51,120 nucleotides of DNA from Octopus bimaculoides (Eukaryota), in NCBI RefSeq assembly GCF_001194135.2, contig NC_068981.1, positions 119,473,770-119,524,889 on the forward strand, written 5' to 3'. Positions 49,550 through 51,120 of the stretch are shown here, one piece after another. The notes under the pieces were generated by a model that saw nothing but the letters and a program-made list of their open reading frames with translations, ran no database searches and had not been told where the DNA came from. The translations under genes were made by a program, and so were the position numbers. How positions within the stretch are numbered: the stretch's first letter is position 1; each line of letters opens with the position of its first letter.

Positions 49550-49970
49550 TGCATGCAGGTGTGCTTGTCCAAATTTACCATAATTTCAAGGTGTTACCCC
49601 AGCATGACCAGTCTAACACAATTTGAAAACTTGATTCTATAGATAGAGATTGTTGTTTTTTGCATTACTTAATACAGTTAAAAATGATTCACTTTTTTTG
49701 TTTTTTGCTTTATTATATTTTTTATGAATGTGAAGAAAAAACTATTTGTTTACCTATGGAATTCAAATGGAAGTTGGCATTCAAAACAGAAGCGAATCTT
49801 GTAATATTAAGCATTATAATTTATGTTTAATAGACAAATAAACTTTATAATTTAAAAATTTTTTAACATTCATTTATAATTTCTTCAAAGTAATGACTTT
49901 TAATAACGTGGAAGTGGGGGAATAAACTGGACACAGTCCTGCACCACTTCAATCAATATATTATAGATTA

Positions 49971-50197
49971 AGCTGATGAGCTGGCAGAATCATTAGGATG
50001 CTGGGCAAAATGCTTAGTGGCATTTTGTCTGCCTTCACATTCTGAGTTCAAATTCTGCCAAGATTGACTTTGCCTTTCATCCTTTTGGGCTCGATAAAAT
50101 AAGTACCAGTTAAGTACTGGGGTCAGTGGAATTGACTATCCCTTCCCTCAAATTTTCAGTCCTTGTGCCTATAGTAGAGAGAATTATTATTATTATT
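49971..50197 (+). mobile_element. SINE family B, full-length decayed copy with an (ATT)n tail
   Basis: Collinear with 8119-8345, with CpG sites converted to TG/CA. Confidence 0.85.
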
Positions 50198-50260
50198 TTG
50201 TGATATTGAAAACTGAAGCAATTCAGTTGAGAATCTGCACATTTTCAAGCTTCTCAAAAT

Positions 50261-50600
50261 GTACCTTCTGTGGTGGCAGACCCTTCATTTGGGATACCAT
50301 GTGCTGTGACACTGTCTCCAGCAGCAACTTGGTGCAGTCAGCTACCAGCCCAGGCTATGCTGCTTATCAGGCTGAGAAAAGTGAACTGTTAGTGGTTGAG
50401 CCGGTGGCAGTTGAGACCTCCAGCACTTGGCCCTTGTACCATATCCCTGCTCCCTGTTATCAAGGTGGAGATGGCTGTCCATAAGTATGAGCCCCATGAG
50501 TCAGTGATTATTTCAGTGCAACTCTCTTGCCATCCCCTGGGGCAAAGCCTTTTCCATTTTTCTGCTGGGGTCAGGGAGGCAACTTATGACAACATTTAAC
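50261..50600 (+). mobile_element. CRE-clade-like non-LTR retrotransposon C-terminal fragment (restriction-like endonuclease region)
   Basis: GRPFIWDTMCCDTVSSSNLVQSATSPGYAAYQAEKS...EPVAVETSSTW, then frameshifted ...LFQ..SLAIPWGKAF, resembles the CRE consensus G+PL.WD.TC.DT.A.S...AA..AE..K...P.AVET.G.W...L.QRLS.A..RGNA as I recall it. Confidence 0.65.
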
Positions 50601-50782
50601 TGCAGATTTCATGAAAAAGCTTATATTACTTTATATTTTTTGTTTTGTTACTTCTTCAGTGTCATTTATCTATCTCGTTCATGTTAACATTTGTTAAAAC
50701 ATTGTCTATGCTCCTTCTCTTCCTCTTACTACTACTTCACAAGAAATTACTGATATCACAGTAGCTTTACTTAAATGCTGGA

Positions 50783-51120
50783 TGTCACCTAGTCACCTAC
50801 CGCTCCGGCAGACACTCTAGCCAAATCGACTACATCCTCGCCAGAAATAGGGAAAGAGGGCGGCTTATAAATGCCAAAACCTACCCTGGCGAAGAATGTA
50901 CCCCACAACATTAGTAGTTAGCGACTTTGGGATCAAGGCAAAATGGGTGCCCAGAATTAGACAGGCTTGGAGAAGAAGGGTGTGGAAGCTTAAAGACCCT
51001 GCAAACGGACAGAGACTTAGAGACAAGTTACTTGAAGCATTTAACGAAATAGAAGGGGATATAGCATCATACAACGTGGAAGACAATTGGAGATTTCTGC
51101 GGGACAACCTGTTGAAAGCC
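50783..51120 (+). mobile_element. RTE-clade LINE, end of the AP-endonuclease and linker; runs off the window
   Basis: HLVTYRSGRHSSQIDYIL...INAKTYPGEECTPQH/(frameshift)LVVSDF...RRRVWKLKDP...NWRFLRDNLLKA. Confidence 0.9.

Noticed and set aside
49560-49627. Candidate PTPN23 exon 10 (cag|GTGTGCTTGTC..., GVLVQ...)
   Set aside because: It hits a stop after about 22 codons and does not match the expected GxxLVKxxP...GPDIF sequence.
1068-51107. Most short ORFs in the supplied six-frame track
   Set aside because: They are low-complexity, microsatellite-, poly(T)- or N-gap-derived, or antisense to TEs. They show no recognisable domains or splice support.

Overview
AT-rich, microsatellite-rich eukaryotic genomic DNA with sized N-gaps. 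The repeat content looks like an octopod cephalopod genome (inference from SINE, MITE and RTE sequence style). The window holds the 5' part of one + strand gene, PTPN23/HD-PTP. Nine coding exons (762-848 through 43678-43757) splice in frame with GT-AG boundaries to 1000 nt, about 333 aa, covering nearly all of the BRO1 domain. The gene continues beyond the window. None of these exons is properly captured by the supplied ORF track. The introns (intron 1 is 21 kb) are filled with mostly decayed mobile elements: a mariner fossil, hAT/Tc2/TTAA-type MITEs, at least three SINE families, several RTE LINE pieces, a Penelope-like element interrupted by younger insertions, a CRE-like RLE fragment, two Helitron remnants (one about 4 kb with Rep and PIF1 motifs) and an unclassified long-inverted-repeat element. 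I found no convincing new biological system. The best leads are a perfect TCTCGCGAGA palindrome just upstream of the ATG, an 83-nt pre-miRNA-like intronic hairpin, the foldback-like element that truncates the Helitron, the Helitron's unusually long terminal hairpin, and inverted SINE pairs that could form ADAR substrates. TE boundaries are by-eye estimates unless TIR or TSD positions are given.
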